Shown: positions 37,753 through 50,026, counted from the first letter of the stretch. The stretch: 64,000 bases of DNA from Basidiobolus meristosporus CBS 931.73 (GCA_002104905.1 MCFE01000048.1:132825-196824); one strand, 5' to 3'. Numbers and translations: made by a program. The notes: a model not told the origin generated them from the letters alone.

Positions 37753-38820
37753 ATGAGAATGAGATTCGATATCTGTATGTTGGTTTTGGCCGTCTGCACA
37801 TCAAGTGGGTTGGCTCAGGATACCGCTGCCTCTAGTGAACTGCACCCCATTAACCAGGCGTGGACAAAGCAATACGACCTTTCCAAAGTCCCAAACAAGC
37901 CCTTGAGGCCGGTTGGATCTGGTACTTGCAAGACTTCAAATTGCGGGCCAGATGAATGTGACAAATGCTTCGAAAGCTGTGGCAACTGTCCAGTAAAGGA
38001 TGATGTCTACGGCTGTGGTGCTGGTCAGTGGGCCCTGACATTCGATGATGGCCCGTCAAATTTTACCACTCAGCTGCTTGACATCCTGGCTGCGGCAAAA
38101 GTCAAAGCCACCTTCCTGATGGTTGGCTCGAATGTCGTCAAGTATCCCGAGGTGGTCAAGAGGGCGTACGACGAGGGCCATCAGATCTCGCAGCACACCT
38201 GGTCGCATCCGCACCTGATGAGCATCTCCAACGAGCAGATTGTGGCTGAGGTTCGAGCCACCGAGGAGGCGATCTTCAACGTCACTGGTGCACGCACAGC
38301 GTTCATTCGGCCCCCCTACGGTGAGGCGGATGACCGAGTCAAGGGAGTGTTCAAGGCCATGGGCTACTACAACCTACTCTGGAACATGGACACGTTGGAT
38401 TGGGACATTGTTGCAAAGAAACAAGACCCAGATAACATTCTCAATTCCTTTAAAAACGTCTTGGCTAAAGGCACGGATTTGAACCCATTCAATAACCCAG
38501 GCTACATTTCACTCCAACACGACCTTTATGTCGAAACCGTCAAGCGGGTTCCCTCCATTGAACAGCTGTTGGAGCAAAAGAATTTCCATTTTGTACTGGC
38601 GCATGAATGCATCAATGTATCGCCTTATCAAAACATCGCCCAGCAGGATACCAAGACCGCAACACCAACCACCGAGGCTCATGCTTCCAGCTCTAAGGCG
38701 ACCTCGCCAACCCACGACACTGTTGCCGTCCAGGGGGTTTCTGGGGCACCAGGGTTGTCCCAACCTGGTGTAATGGTCGCTTTGGTACTATTCATCTCTT
38801 CCGCTATCTTTTCTTGTTAA
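37753..38820 (+). CDS. Chitin/polysaccharide deacetylase (CE4), GPI-type, cluster member 1
   Basis: Signal peptide, Cys-rich N-region, TFDDGP, HTWSH, RPPYG, DTLDW, LQHD, S/T stalk and hydrophobic tail. Confidence 0.93.
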   Translation: MRMRFDICMLVLAVCTSSGLAQDTAASSELHPINQAWTKQYDLSKVPNKPLRPVGSGTCKTSNCGPDECDKCFESCGNCPVKDDVYGCGAGQWALTFDDGPSNFTTQLLDILAAAKVKATFLMVGSNVVKYPEVVKRAYDEGHQISQHTWSHPHLMSISNEQIVAEVRATEEAIFNVTGARTAFIRPPYGEADDRVKGVFKAMGYYNLLWNMDTLDWDIVAKKQDPDNILNSFKNVLAKGTDLNPFNNPGYISLQHDLYVETVKRVPSIEQLLEQKNFHFVLAHECINVSPYQNIAQQDTKTATPTTEAHASSSKATSPTHDTVAVQGVSGAPGLSQPGVMVALVLFISSAIFSC

Positions 38821-39507
38821 ATTCCGCACTACACCGTTGCTTGTTCGTTTCCCTAATACCTACACATACCTTGTATACTCGATATATTACATCTTGCACC
38901 CAGTTTGAAAAATATATAACAATAAAGTGCCACGTGGGTAATTTACATCGTATTGATTGACGGGCATCTGATCGACCGGCCACGGAGTACGATTAATCGA
39001 TGGTACGACCCAATCAGATATATGGAGCAAACTCAAAGCTATATATATCTCTCGGTTCCACACACGCCTAAACATAACAACTATGGAGGAATTGATTTTG
39101 GTGGAATACCTGAATCCACTTCCCTCACATTAATCTTCGATGGGCGCCAACCAAGTCCGGCATGAAATCTAGAATTTCCCAATCCGGACAAAGCCCAAGG
39201 TCTATCACCACATATACGGCTTCGATATCGACCAGTATGGTATCTTTCGTCACAACACCACCAACGCAATCATTTTCATATCTGGGAGAGACTCAAATAT
39301 GCTGGACCAAACTTTACGCCCACAGCCGATGGAGTCGATGTGGCTGCGCACATATCCAACATCAGTGTTGTCATGGGCTTTCGCGTTGCCTCACAATGGA
39401 CTCCTTGTTCAACGAGCCTAGAGCTTTTCGGCGGAGGCGGGATTGCTGTGTATATAAGCACATGCATCAGACGTGAATGGACTAACATCTAGTGTCATTT
39501 CAAAGTA

Positions 39508-40614
39508 ATGAAGTTCCCGATAATCTTAGCTTTAATTGCATGTGCCAGGAACATTTTGGCCGAAGGTGATTCCGATGGTGAGCCGTATCCCGTGAATCCC
39601 ACCTGGACAAAGGAGTATGATCTCTCCAAGGTACCTGACAAGTCTCTAAGACCTGTCGGGTCCGGTATCTGCAAGAATGCCAACTGTGGGCCTGATGATT
39701 GCGATAAGTGCTTCGAAAGCTGCGGGAACTGTCCAGTAAAGGATGATGTCTACGGCTGTGGTGCTGGTCAGTGGGCCCTGACATTCGACGACGGCCCGTC
39801 AGAATACACCACCCAGCTGCTTGACATCCTGGCTGCAGCAAAAGTCAAAGCCACCTTCCTGATGGTTGGCTCGAATGTCGTCAAGTATCCCGAGGTGGTC
39901 AAGAGGGCGTACGACGAGGGCCATCAGATCTCGCAGCACACCTGGTCGCATCCGCACCTGATGAGCATCTCCAACGAGCAGATTGTGGCTGAGGTTCGAG
40001 CCACCGAGGAGGCGATCTTCAACGTCACTGGTGCACGCACAGCGTTCATTCGGCCCCCCTACGGTGAGGCGGATGACCGAGTCAAGGGAGTGTTCAAGGC
40101 CATGGGCTACCATAACCTACTCTGGAACATGGACACCTTGGATTGGAGCATCGTTGAAAAGAAGCAAGACCCGGACAAGATCCTTGACTCATTTGAAAAG
40201 GCATTGAGCAAGGGAACAGATCTGAACCCGTTTGAGAATCCCGGATATATTTCCCTCCAGCACGACCTCTATGTAGAGACAGTGAAGCGCGTGCCCAAGA
40301 TCGAGCAGCTTTTGGCCCAGCATGGGTTCCACTTTGTTCTTACTCATGAATGTATCAATGCCCCTCCGTACCAAAATTCCCCCACAGGTAACTCGACCCA
40401 AACCTCGTCGAGTATTCCAACCAGTACTGCCTTGGCATCGGCAACGGCATCAAGAACCGGATCAACGTCCAAGGCTTCGTCGAAACCATCTCTTCCAACC
40501 ACTGGGACAAATTCTAATGCTCACATAGCATCTAGTGGTAACATCCTAATGAGCTCCAATGATCTTATCAAGTTGGCTACATATGTGGCAATCCTTGCTG
40601 GACTATCCAGATAA
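39508..40614 (+). CDS. CE4 deacetylase, GPI-type, member 2
   Basis: Same motifs as member 1; different signal peptide and tail. Confidence 0.93.
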   Translation: MKFPIILALIACARNILAEGDSDGEPYPVNPTWTKEYDLSKVPDKSLRPVGSGICKNANCGPDDCDKCFESCGNCPVKDDVYGCGAGQWALTFDDGPSEYTTQLLDILAAAKVKATFLMVGSNVVKYPEVVKRAYDEGHQISQHTWSHPHLMSISNEQIVAEVRATEEAIFNVTGARTAFIRPPYGEADDRVKGVFKAMGYHNLLWNMDTLDWSIVEKKQDPDKILDSFEKALSKGTDLNPFENPGYISLQHDLYVETVKRVPKIEQLLAQHGFHFVLTHECINAPPYQNSPTGNSTQTSSSIPTSTALASATASRTGSTSKASSKPSLPTTGTNSNAHIASSGNILMSSNDLIKLATYVAILAGLSR

Positions 40615-40900
40615 TCCCAGTAAAATCCCGACCATTTCCAAATCCATTTCATCAGACCACGTTGTTCAGTCCCATTATACACACAGCCGGTGAAAGCTAA
40701 GATTTAATAAATCATCCGCATTCTTAGATCCCGCAAATTGCCGATTGTCATACTCACAATTCAGTTCAATGCACATTGTGCAAACCCATTTGTGTCGAGC
40801 GATTCGGTAGTGAAGGTTGGATGTTAGCAATCGAACGCCAAATCCGACTTAAGCTCGCCATTTCATGCTCGTTATCGCATCCGAACCTCGTTCCAACCCG

Positions 40901-41935
40901 ATGAAATTTCACGCCACCCTACTCTTGTTTACCACAGTTTGATGTTTGGATGCTTTAACCCAGGGACGAATAAAGGACGATTCCCTGTACCCAGTTAATC
41001 CTGATTGGACCAATCAATATGCCCTTTCTTTCGTCCCTACTAATCCATTGAGATCTGTTGGATCTGGGATTTGTAAGAATGCCACATGCGATGCTAACGA
41101 CTGTGACCGCTGTTACGAAAGCTGCGGGAACTGTCCAGTAAAGGATGATGTCTTTGGCTGTGGTGCTGGTCAGTAGGCCCTGACATTCGACGACGGCCCG
41201 TCAGAATACACCACCCAGCTGCTTGGCATCCTGGCTGCAGCAAAAGTCAAAGCCACCTTCCTGATGGTTGGCTCGAATGTCGTCAAGTATCCCGAGGTGG
41301 TCAAGAGGGCGTACGACGAGGGCCATCAGATCTCGCAGCACACCTGGTCACATCCGCACCTGATGAGCATCTCCAACGAGCAGATTGTGGCTGAGGTTCG
41401 AGCCACCGAGGAGGCGATCTTCAACGTCACTGGTGCACGCACCGCGTTCATTCGGCCCCCCTACGGTGAGGCGGATGACCGAGTCAAGGGAGTGTTCAAG
41501 GCTATGGGCTACCGCAATCTACTCTGGAACATAGACACCTTGGATTGGGACATTGTTGCAAAGAAATAAGATCCAAGCAAGATCATCGATTCATTCGAAA
41601 GCGCTCTAACGAAAGGGACAAGCCTCAGCCTATTCAACGATACAGGCTATATGTCGCTGTAACACGACCTCTATGTAGAAACCGTTAAGCGTGTTCGGAA
41701 GATCGAGGAGCTTCTAGAGCAGTATAGCTTTCACTTTGTCGTACCATACCAAATCAACCTCGGCGATAATCTGCTTTTCAGAGTCACTCCAACCCACGAG
41801 GGCGTCAGAGCGGGCTTGCCGGACATTCCCGAAACTTCCATAGCACAAACAAACAGTAATCAAGAGTCCAAGCCTCCGGTGGAGATTTCGTCTATTGCCA
41901 TTGGTAGTCAAGCGGCATTTACCGCTCTCAATTGA
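40901..41935 (+). pseudogene. CE4 deacetylase pseudogene, member 3
   Basis: In-frame from ATG 40901, with stops at 40940 (TGA), 41174 (TAG for W), 41567 (TAA for Q) and 41660 (TAA for Q). Confidence 0.9.
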
Positions 41936-42580
41936 TTGCTTATATGGCGGCTCCCAAATTTCTCAGATACTTTAGACTTCAGACTGGTACCTTCAAATAC
42001 AACCTAGAATCTAAAAGAACCCATACCAGATCGTGTAAAATTGGTGATGCTGTCCTATGTATAGATTAGCATTGCTGCCTGAAAGGATCCAGCAGATTAG
42101 GCCGTGACTTGTAATAAATCCATGCATCTCATTAAATCTCCACGTGAGCCACATCCCGCCCAACTAGCCAATCATCGAAGGTGTCGAACGCGAATGGCAT
42201 AGGAAATCAAACACCACTCCCATTTTATCCTAATTAAGCAACATCTGCGTAGAAATTGTAACTCAGGTCGTCGGAGAGAAATAGGGAAAACGTAATGCAA
42301 CCGAGAAAACTTAATATCGGGTAAACTCCCGTCTTCACGTCATCTACGCCAATATTCCGGTTGAACGAGATCTTTGGGGAGACAAGTCAATTCATTCAAC
42401 ATGCGGTGATGATTTTCATCCACGCCAACAAATATTCCAAAAGGAGGAGACTCAAGGTGTTTGTGCATCGCAATCTAGAGGTTCCAAAACTACATTTCAA
42501 TCTCAGAGAAGTATAAGAAGTGGGGTTGAGTATTGTGGGAGAAGTTATCCCTTGAAGAGTCTGCCGAAATCCCTAGGAAT

Positions 42581-43639
42581 ATGAGGGCTTTTTCGTTTGT
42601 CTTGGTTACCTGCTTCTCTGCCATTATGGCTGAGGAAAACGGACTTCACCCAGTAAGACCTGAATGGACCAAGCAGTATAACCTTTCTCAAGTTCCCAAC
42701 AAGCCCTTGAGGCCGGTCGGATCTGGTATCTGCAAGAATGCCAACTGTGGGCCTGATGATTGCGATAAGTGCTTCGAAAGCTGCGGGAACTGTCCAGTAA
42801 AGGATGATGTCTACGGCTGTGGTGCTGGTCAGTGGGCCCTGACATTCGACGACGGCCCGTCAGAATACACCACCCAGCTGCTTGACATCCTGGCTGCAGC
42901 AAAAGTCAAAGCCACCTTCCTGATGGTTGGCTCGAATGTCGTCAAGTATCCCGAGGTGGTCAAGAGGGCGTACGACGAGGGCCATCAGATCTCGCAGCAC
43001 ACCTGGTCGCATCCGCACCTGATGAGCATCTCCAACGAGCAGATTGTGGCTGAGGTTCGAGCCACCGAGGAGGCGATCTTCAACGTCACTGGTGCACGCA
43101 CAGCGTTCATTCGGCCCCCCTACGGTGAGGCGGATGACCGAGTCAAGGGAGTGTTCAAGGCCATGGGCTACCGCAACCTACTCTGGAACATGGACACGTT
43201 GGATTGGGATATCGTTGAAAAGAAGAAGAATCCGGATAATATCCTCGAGTCCTTCAAGAATGCTCTGGCCAAGGATACAGGGCTGAATCCTTTCCAAGAC
43301 CCAGGCTACATTTCCCTCCAGCACGACCTCTATGTAGAGACAGTGAAGCGCGTTCCGAAAATCGAGGAGCTTTTGGCTCAACACGGGTTCCATTTTGAAC
43401 TTGCCCACGCCTGTGTTAATCTTCCACCCTACCAAAACAAAGTAAACCAAACCACCGTCACTTCCACTCTTCCTTCCCCCTCCACATCATACAGCGCAAC
43501 TACCACTAGCGGTCAAGATCCTACTCCCAAGGCTAACGCTGATGGTCAAGCTAAGATCGAGGCTACCTCGATGGGAGCAAAACTTTTGCACCCTTTAACA
43601 TTAATTCCCTTGAGTGCCATTGCTTTGACGCGCTTGTAA
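42581..43639 (+). CDS. CE4 deacetylase, GPI-type, member 4
   Basis: MRAFSFVLVTCFSAIMA signal; all five CE4 motifs; hydrophobic tail. Confidence 0.93.
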   Translation: MRAFSFVLVTCFSAIMAEENGLHPVRPEWTKQYNLSQVPNKPLRPVGSGICKNANCGPDDCDKCFESCGNCPVKDDVYGCGAGQWALTFDDGPSEYTTQLLDILAAAKVKATFLMVGSNVVKYPEVVKRAYDEGHQISQHTWSHPHLMSISNEQIVAEVRATEEAIFNVTGARTAFIRPPYGEADDRVKGVFKAMGYRNLLWNMDTLDWDIVEKKKNPDNILESFKNALAKDTGLNPFQDPGYISLQHDLYVETVKRVPKIEELLAQHGFHFELAHACVNLPPYQNKVNQTTVTSTLPSPSTSYSATTTSGQDPTPKANADGQAKIEATSMGAKLLHPLTLIPLSAIALTRL

Positions 43640-44335
43640 TTAAACAAATTTTAGGTCATGCACCAGTAATTTCTTAAGGCAGATGGGCTATCACGGATCT
43701 AGCCTTCCAGAATCACTTATATAATGCACCACCAGAGCTACTTGGTTACAATAGGAAGCAAAGGATGGGGATGTATGGGTAGAAATGACGTAGTGCTCGT
43801 GGGACTTTCGTTATCAAAAGGTCTGGAGGATGGGATCAAAACGATATCCCGGCAACCGAGTGGTTCCCCTTTAATTTAACCAATATGTGGATATGCCTAC
43901 AGATGCCGATCAATAAAACCGGTTCCGAAGCTGACCATCCATCGCGTGGTTACACACTGCTTGGTGTAGAGCACAGAAATCTCAACGGTTCACATAGAGT
44001 GAGGGGAAATAATTTCCGTTGGAAAGCAGGAGGAGCCGGATTGGGCTTGATGACTCGGCTAGGCAGTCAGAGGAGATTGTCTGGAATGCTCACCTCATGA
44101 CTGGCAATGCACCCCTTAAGAGAGGGTGCACCCCAGCTGCCCGCGAATTCTTTAAGCCGACATGGTGGAGAGAATCCTTAGGAATGCAGGTAATCAAGCA
44201 TAAAGCCATTAATTCGACATGTTTCTTTTCGCAATGATTGCCCCCAAAAAAGGTGGCAAATATAAGGAACGAAGATGGGCTTGCTGTTCATCATTCAGCC
44301 CCTCGATCTAGATCTACTTCTACTCTTTAATAATC

Positions 44336-45397
44336 ATGAGATTCGTCTCCATTGGACTGTTGCTTGCCTTGCTCGGTCTAGCACAACTAGCTAGATCGCA
44401 GGAGGCTGCTTCGAGCGAGTTAGCCAAAATCAATTCGCAATGGATGAAGCAATACGATCTCTCCAAAGTGCCGAGCATCGCGCCCAAAAAAGTGGGCTCT
44501 GGAACCTGTACCAACAGTGCTTGCGGCCCCACTGATTGCGACAAATGCTGGGAAAGCTGCGGTAACTGTGCCTTGCTGGACGATGTCTATGGATGCACGG
44601 CGGGTAAATGGGCCCTGTCATTCGATGATGGCCCATCGAACTATACAATGCAGCTGTTGGATATTCTTGCTGCAGCCAAGGTGAAGGCGACCTTCCTGAT
44701 GATCGGCTCGCAAGTGACTCAGTTTCCTGATGCAGTCAAGAGAGCTTTCAATGAGGGCCACCAGATCGCATCTCACTCATGGTCTCATCCTCATCTGATG
44801 TCACTCTCCAATGAGCAGATTGTGGCGGAAGTCAAGTCTACCGAGGATGCAATCGTGAACATCACTGGGGTCAGGCCAGCATTTATCCGGCCGCCGTATG
44901 GCGAGGCTGACGGCCGTGTCAAGGCGATTTTCAAAGCTATGGGGTACAGCAATTTGCTGTGGAACATGGATACTTTGGACTGGGACATTGTGGCCAAAAA
45001 GGAGAGCCCAGCCTTGATCCTCAACTCGTTCACAGCAGCACTGACTAATGGCACCTCTTTAAACGCACACAGCGACCCAGGGTATATCTCATTGCAGCAT
45101 GATATTTACATAGACACAGTCAAGGAAGTACCATCCATAGAAAAGTTGTTGATACAGCATAACTTCACCTTCGTGCTTGCCCATGAGTGCATCAACCGAC
45201 CACCATACCAAGGAAATGTCCCCAGTACCAACTCTACATCAAGCGCTGCCAGTAGAACAAGCACCAGTTCAGCCGCTTCAACCAGTGTGCCCGTCTCCGC
45301 CGTCGAGCTGCCTGCCAAATCGGAGTCCACTACGAACTACCAGGGCTCTTTAGTCTTCATCTTAAGCGCATTTGGTGCCCTTTTGACATATTTATAA
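44336..45397 (+). CDS. CE4 deacetylase, GPI-type, member 5 (diverged at synonymous sites)
   Basis: SFDDGP, HSWSH, RPPYG, DTLDW, LQHD; S/T stalk and hydrophobic tail. Confidence 0.93.
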   Translation: MRFVSIGLLLALLGLAQLARSQEAASSELAKINSQWMKQYDLSKVPSIAPKKVGSGTCTNSACGPTDCDKCWESCGNCALLDDVYGCTAGKWALSFDDGPSNYTMQLLDILAAAKVKATFLMIGSQVTQFPDAVKRAFNEGHQIASHSWSHPHLMSLSNEQIVAEVKSTEDAIVNITGVRPAFIRPPYGEADGRVKAIFKAMGYSNLLWNMDTLDWDIVAKKESPALILNSFTAALTNGTSLNAHSDPGYISLQHDIYIDTVKEVPSIEKLLIQHNFTFVLAHECINRPPYQGNVPSTNSTSSAASRTSTSSAASTSVPVSAVELPAKSESTTNYQGSLVFILSAFGALLTYL

Positions 45398-45641
45398 TTG
45401 ATTTATAATATCCAACCATCTTCAATAAACTCTAATATTCTAAGCACTCGGGTTTGACTCTGTTTGTCAACCCCAACTCTATAGTTTGGCATGTGGTGAA
45501 AATCCTCATGGATCCATTTTGCACGAAGAGTATATATTTTTCCATTGGTTTGAAGAGAATTAGGAATGAATGAAGTGCTTTGATATAGAGTACGGTATCA
45601 TGATATATGGAAGATACTGGCCAGGATCAACCTAGACGAAA

Positions 45642-46416
45642 TCAAGCATAGAGTCCGTTATCCTGCAGGCATTGGGGTACAGTTACAACTCTATATCTAG
45701 TGTCTCGGACTTTCTTGAGGATATCTCGGACTGCCCTAATGGTGGGAGCGTGGACGTCGTGTTGCAAGGAGATGTAGTTGCTGCTGTTGGGTGGGTTTTT
45801 ATCCAAGACGTTGTATGCGCTAACAGTTGCTTGGGTGCTTTGGGTTTTCCAATCCAGAGTATCCAAGTTCCAGTAAATCACTTTGTATCCTAGTCTTTTG
45901 AGCACAGCGAGGACCCGATCATCGCATTCACCATATGGGCAACGCATATATCTAGGACGAACCTTAATGGCTCTATAAATGGCATCCGAAGATCTCCTCA
46001 TTTCACGCTCGATTCCGGCGGTGTCCAGCTCGTTGAGATTTGCGTGAGAATACGTATGGGAGGCAATATGATGCCCACGGCGGTACATCTCCCGAACAAT
46101 TTCCGGGTACTTATCTACATCTTGATCATGGTGCATCGGTTAGCATCTGATTAAAAAAAGCAGGTTGATGGCTCATTATATTATTACTTTCTCCAACCAA
46201 AAAGAACGTCACCCTGGTATTTCCCAGAATGTTTAGTAGTTCTTGAGTAAAGCTTCCTGGTCCATCGTCAAATGTGATCGCTACTACTCCATTTGTGGAG
46301 CATTCGCTGATTTGAACACCAAGAGGTGCGGCCCGTTTCCTAATACCAGCGGCACCAATCTGCGAAACACCAACGAGCCCAAGGATCAAGATAGAGATGT
46401 TCGACAGGAAGCGCAT
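45642..46416 (-). CDS. CE4 deacetylase, secreted type without GPI tail, member 6, 2 exons
   Basis: Signal peptide plus KR site, TFDDGP, TFFLVGE|NVDKYP (intron 46187-46121), HTYSH, RCPYG, DTLDW, LQHD. Convergent on member 5. Confidence 0.88.
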
Positions 46417-46933
46417 AGCAAAGCTAGTTGGTTCGTTGGGCTGGAGGGGGAAAGTGAATGGTTGACTCTGGCCAAACGTGAAGCACAGATATATATATAC
46501 TTCAACCAAGAGCATTGATGAAGAGTTGAGCATTATTCGTAGCATGGGAGTGCATGTTTAACAATCAGTTAAATCCTACATACATATATTCTAGTGATCC
46601 ACAAAGTATCCATCCAAGCATACCACACAAGGCTAAGAGCAGCTCTCTACTAGCATGAGCTACATTTAGCTGCAGTGCCATTCAGTCAGATTGAAATATT
46701 CCTGGTATAAAATACATATTCGTAAACCAATGCATAACTCATCATAGAATAGGAAGCCACGTGGTCACTTTAATTAGATTGCATTTAACTATGCCTAGAT
46801 AGGCATCCACAGTACATATATACCTATATATATATACAGATTGGACAGTCAAGCTAAATACAATCATGTTATCCATATACACGAAGGATTAGCAATGAAT
46901 TGGAATGAAGTCCTAATGTTCATCTCCGCCATG

Positions 46934-49233
46934 TTAATTATGATCATCATCTCTGCGATTTGGGCGTTTAGAATGATTTGTGGCATGCACATCAACCACA
47001 TCTAAGGGACGCTTATGGTTTTTGAGGTGCTTGTTCGACGATGGATAGTACTCATCTGGATGGGGTCGCTCTGGGTACCAGGGTTGTGAGAAGCCATCAA
47101 AATTAGGAGATGGGCCATATCCATTAGAGTTACCATATGGTGGATAAAATCCCATCAATTGAGGGGGTGGTGGGCCCCTCCATAACGGTTGAGGCGGCTG
47201 CCCCATATTAGCATGCACTGGGGGATAGAAGGGCGTGGAGAAATGATTTGCTTGAAATCCTGCAGGCCGATAGGAATGGCTAGGGTAGTGGTGACTCCCT
47301 GAGTCACGTTGATCGTGGGTGTGCACTCTAATTTGGCCGCCAGTCGGCTCATTATTTCCGTTTTGTCTCTGTCATAAAATTAGTTAGCGTCAGTTCTATC
47401 GGTGAAGTGTGAAATAAAGCAGCACCTTGTGAACCCCATGCTCCTCGTCTCGTTTTTGATTACTAGTTGAACTGTGCTGTGCATTAGCATTAATTGACGC
47501 TTCTTCAGAGATTGGCCCTGATACCGAGGAGTCGCCTAAATTACTCTTGGCTGCTCTTGACACCGCGTAACTCCTTACATATGCTTCGACGTTATTTCGC
47601 AACTTCTGGTTTGCAGACAGCCCGTCTGGGGTTTGATTGGGGGCATTGCATGCTGGACAGGTAAACTCTGAATTCAACAATTCTTGTTGAATACCTTAAG
47701 CATCAAAGTGGGTTAATGCAACTCCAGAGGACAAGGAATCAGGGATCAGAGTAAACTTACAATCCTCACAGAAGTTACGTTCACAGCATGGAATCGTGAC
47801 TGCTTCCTTGAGTAGACCTTTGCATAGATAACAGCTTAATTCTGCCTTCACTGGAACTTGCTCATAAACATCACCAGTCCCCAGGGAATTTCGTGCTGAG
47901 GCCATGATTTTTTCCCAAGCTTGTCTGCGAATACCTTTCATTAGGTAGATTCAATTTATGGATGACAAGAAGTAGGCCACTTACGAGTCAGGCTGCGCCA
48001 CTACTAGGCCACCATCGGGAGTGACCATGACTCCTCCTTTGACACTTTTAGGGGCGTCGATTGACTTGAGGAAACTCTTTGGAATTCCGGTGGTGCGCTT
48101 GATACGAGGTTTGTCATACTCTTTATCACCATTGGTTGGGCAGTTATTGATAAAATGACCTAACATTATTGAAAGAGTGAGTCGCGCGTTGGAAGATAGA
48201 TTGTGGATGAGAGACTATCATTGGACGAAGTTGTTCTGATACCTTTCTGTCCACAACGGTAACATACATAATTGGGTGGTGGGACCTTGACCGGCATATT
48301 TGAGTTGTATTTGCGGTTCATTAACATGACTGGAGTAGCTCTAGTTATGGATTAAGTTAGGCCAGCAAAATCAATTTGGGTTCTCAATTTATGTGCTTAC
48401 TCAGCCATCTTCTCTTGTTGCTGCTGCCAATGCTCGCTCGTTTGCCTAAACATCGCTTGAATTCTTGCTTCCTCAGAATCATCATCTCCACTTGTTTCAA
48501 TAGGCACTGGCTGCGGATTACTAGTTGCCTGTTTATGATGTAGGCAAACATAGTCAAGTATAGAACTCAATGTGAGTGCCGTGTTTATAAAACAGCGAGA
48601 CGAATACAATGTTATATAAAACCAAACGTACCATCTTGGGGCCTTGAGATAGTGATCTAATGATGGAATTTAGTAATTTCGTAAGAAAAATTTGAATGTA
48701 TCAACAACTAACCCTCCACCCATGGAACGACCACGTCCTCTCCCCATACCGCCACCTTGGCTGTGTGCAGTGTTTATTGGATTGGCACCATTAACATAAT
48801 GCTGAGCAGTTCCCTTCCCTGGTTTCGAGGCAGGTAATCTTCGAACTAGTACAGAGGTAGCTCTAGGAATGAGGAAGTTGTCGTCGGTATATTCTATTAC
48901 ATTAACAAATAAATTTACTTTAGAGATTCCCTTTCCATGAAAAGTGTAGAATATAATATACAAAAATGTTCATTTGGGGCGCAAACATTCATCTAGTTTG
49001 AATGTTGCGTTTGTATATTGATTGTATTGAAAGTAATACACAAATAATGGTCAATTATATTTACCTTCGTTAGTTTGGGCATTATAAACGGCAAGGTCAA
49101 AATCGGTTCCTTTTCCCAGTTTCTTGGCGAGGATGATTTCTCTCTTCAAATCGAAAACCGAAATACCTGTTCCGTCAAAGGTACATACATCGTAATCCTT
49201 GGCAGATTTGAACTTATAATATACCACAGACAT
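46934..49233 (-). CDS. MPE1: Cleavage/polyadenylation factor Mpe1 (RBBP6 family), multi-exon
   Basis: DWNN start MSVVYYKFKSAKDYD, LIPRATSVLVRRLP, zinc knuckle GHFINNCP, RIKRTTGIPKSFL, RING-like CYLCKGLLKEAVTIPCC...FCEDC. Confidence 0.9.
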
Positions 49234-50026
49234 AGTTACGAATAGTGAAGGAAAAGAGAATGGTTAAGTTACTCTATTTTAATGGTTCTGATTTTTCTTT
49301 TGGTAAACTCTAGGTTATTTGTTTTCGTTGATAATAACTGGTAGCTGTTTTTAACAAGAACAATGGAGTGAAGTGAACAGATACAATAATAAAAGCGAGA
49401 TTGAAAGGTAATTAGAGATAAAGTGAAAATCGTTGTGAAGAATGGAGGAAATATAGAATAAGAGCAAGAGTGCAGAACAAAGTGACTTGTAACTAGCAAA
49501 ATACAAACAGCATACAAAGATATAGGTTTATAGTAAGCCATGGGACAGCAATTGGCAAATATGGAAGTGACGTCAAATCGATGGATTATTTGATCTAATT
49601 TCTGCACAATAATTCCGTGCACCCCAAATTTTTGGACGGTGCTAGGTCTGTGAATATTTACGATGCACACCAAATTGTGATAAATTATCCTGGAAGTTAG
49701 CTAACATTGATAACCTGATGGATGGTGTGGCTTAAAATCATGTATCGTATTCATTTGTATCTTGAAACCAGCGTCGCTGGAGTGTGAATTGTGTTGATTG
49801 TTTGTGTATCATCAGGTAAGCTTATTGTGATTGATCTACTCAAGCATATATTAAACTGTTTACTTAAGGACGAGCCAAAGCTGACTATTCTTTGCACTAC
49901 TGTATTATAAGTGTAAATATGTGCATATGCAAGCATGTGTTTCACCAGCTTATAAGCATGGCCTATTATTCATTATTTTCATATTGAACTCCTTATCCTG
50001 TTTTGTTATAAAGGGAATGTATTTTG

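Noticed and set aside
39200-39425. IYGFDID peptide suggesting a DNA methyltransferase between deacetylases 1 and 2
   Set aside because: Isolated short match with no other methyltransferase motifs and no start or splice support.
37850-45054. Repeated antisense and off-frame ORFs in the deacetylase cluster (e.g. MWLRFEPPRRR, MLQPGCQAAG)
   Set aside because: Shadow ORFs of GC-rich coding DNA; useful only as evidence of nucleotide identity between copies.
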